This document shows positions 63,110-64,000 of a stretch of DNA of 64,000 bases, piece by piece. The stretch covers positions 189,474,001 to 189,538,000 of the forward strand of contig NC_058368.1 of NCBI RefSeq assembly GCF_018350175.1, read 5' to 3'. The stretch comes from Felis catus (lineage: Eukaryota). A program made the translations under genes and the position numbers. Within the stretch, counting starts at the first letter, position 1, and the number at the start of each line of letters is the position of its first letter. Below the pieces are notes generated by a model. That model did not search any database, had not been told where the DNA came from, and saw only the letters and a program-made list of their open reading frames with translations.

Positions 63110-64000
63110 GGGGTATTTGTCTGTTCCAGCTCTTTTCACTAAAAGGGTTTAAAAACAAAGTCAACCCAACAGCAGTGCTCATCTCTAGCATGCAGATTTG
63201 ATCTTCAAATGACATAGCCCATTGAACTAAACCAGGATTTCTTGGAGAAATGGCTAATTCCAGGTCTAAGGCAGGAAATGTTTATGATGAGTTTGGAACA
63301 TCCTGACATGCAGTTAGAAGGAAGCTATCAAAAACTACTAGGGTCATGTCAGAAGATCTCAGGAAGCACCTTGAAGAGCTTTCCACTGGCCAAAGATTTG
63401 AGCTTTACAATAGATTGAAACTAATCAAATATAAATATATATAAATCCAAGAGATTATGACATTTATCTTAAAAATAATAACTGGTCACCTTCTGAAGAA
63501 ACAATGATCCAACTGTCATCTTGAAAACTGGGTAAATAAAAGGAAATAATCAAACCTCATCCTAGCTATCCTATATGAATTATAGTACTATGTTACAAAA
63601 TAGTAGATGAGGGAAAGTGTCTCTTTATAAAAGTATGCCAGGTGATAATTAAAAGGACATATAAAATTAAAATATTACTATTTTTCAACTCCCAATGAAT
63701 TAATGGATGTAGACATTGAAGATCTGCTAGGACTAACATTAAAGAACAACGTAAACCAGACACAAAACATAATACTACCTTAACCTTGTTAAAGGCATCA
63801 GACCTGTGTCAGGACAAGCCTCTAGATTCAGCTCCCAATTTGCAGGAAATAGAGAAGACAGAGGAACACACTGAACTGTACCATGAGTGAGCAGTCAGCA
63901 AATCTGACTGTAGGAAACTTGACAGGCTAAATGACCCAAATTTGTTACCAGATAAACTATAAGGAAAAGAAAGATGTGGAAGGAGGAAACCATAAATTAA
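63110..64000 (+). mobile_element. L1MC-type 3'UTR fragment (runs off window end)
   Basis: AACCAGGATTTCTTGGAGAAATGGCTAATTCCAGGTCT..GGAAGCTATCAAAAACTACTAGGGTCATGTCAG resembles recalled L1MC3/4 3' sequence. Confidence 0.75.

Overview
Mammalian genomic DNA from a carnivore, most likely a felid (14 tRNA-derived CanSINE/SINEC copies, one of them a very young, CpG-intact cat-type copy). The window is AT-rich, CpG-depleted and dominated by interspersed repeats (MIR, L2, L3/CR1, old and carnivore L1, MaLR/ERVL LTRs, hAT and mariner MITEs) and microsatellites, like a large intron or intergenic region. None of the supplied ORFs is a credible protein-coding gene: they fall in SINEs, low-complexity DNA, one L1 ORF2 remnant or random sequence. 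The strongest genic signal is a candidate 9-nt microexon on the minus strand (54565-54573) with strong splice sites and a downstream UGCAUG (RBFOX) element. Two other minus-strand exon candidates flank it: a possible alternative first exon encoding MNWETTYRDIG near CCAAT boxes (52188-52220) and a 31-nt candidate (58716-58746). I could not identify the host gene. Several retrotransposition scars are readable: a twin-primed inverted L1, a probable 3' transduction, a target site reused twice and a tail-only insertion. I found no support for a wholly new biological system. Repeat subfamily names come from recalled consensus sequences, and boundaries of old repeats are approximate.
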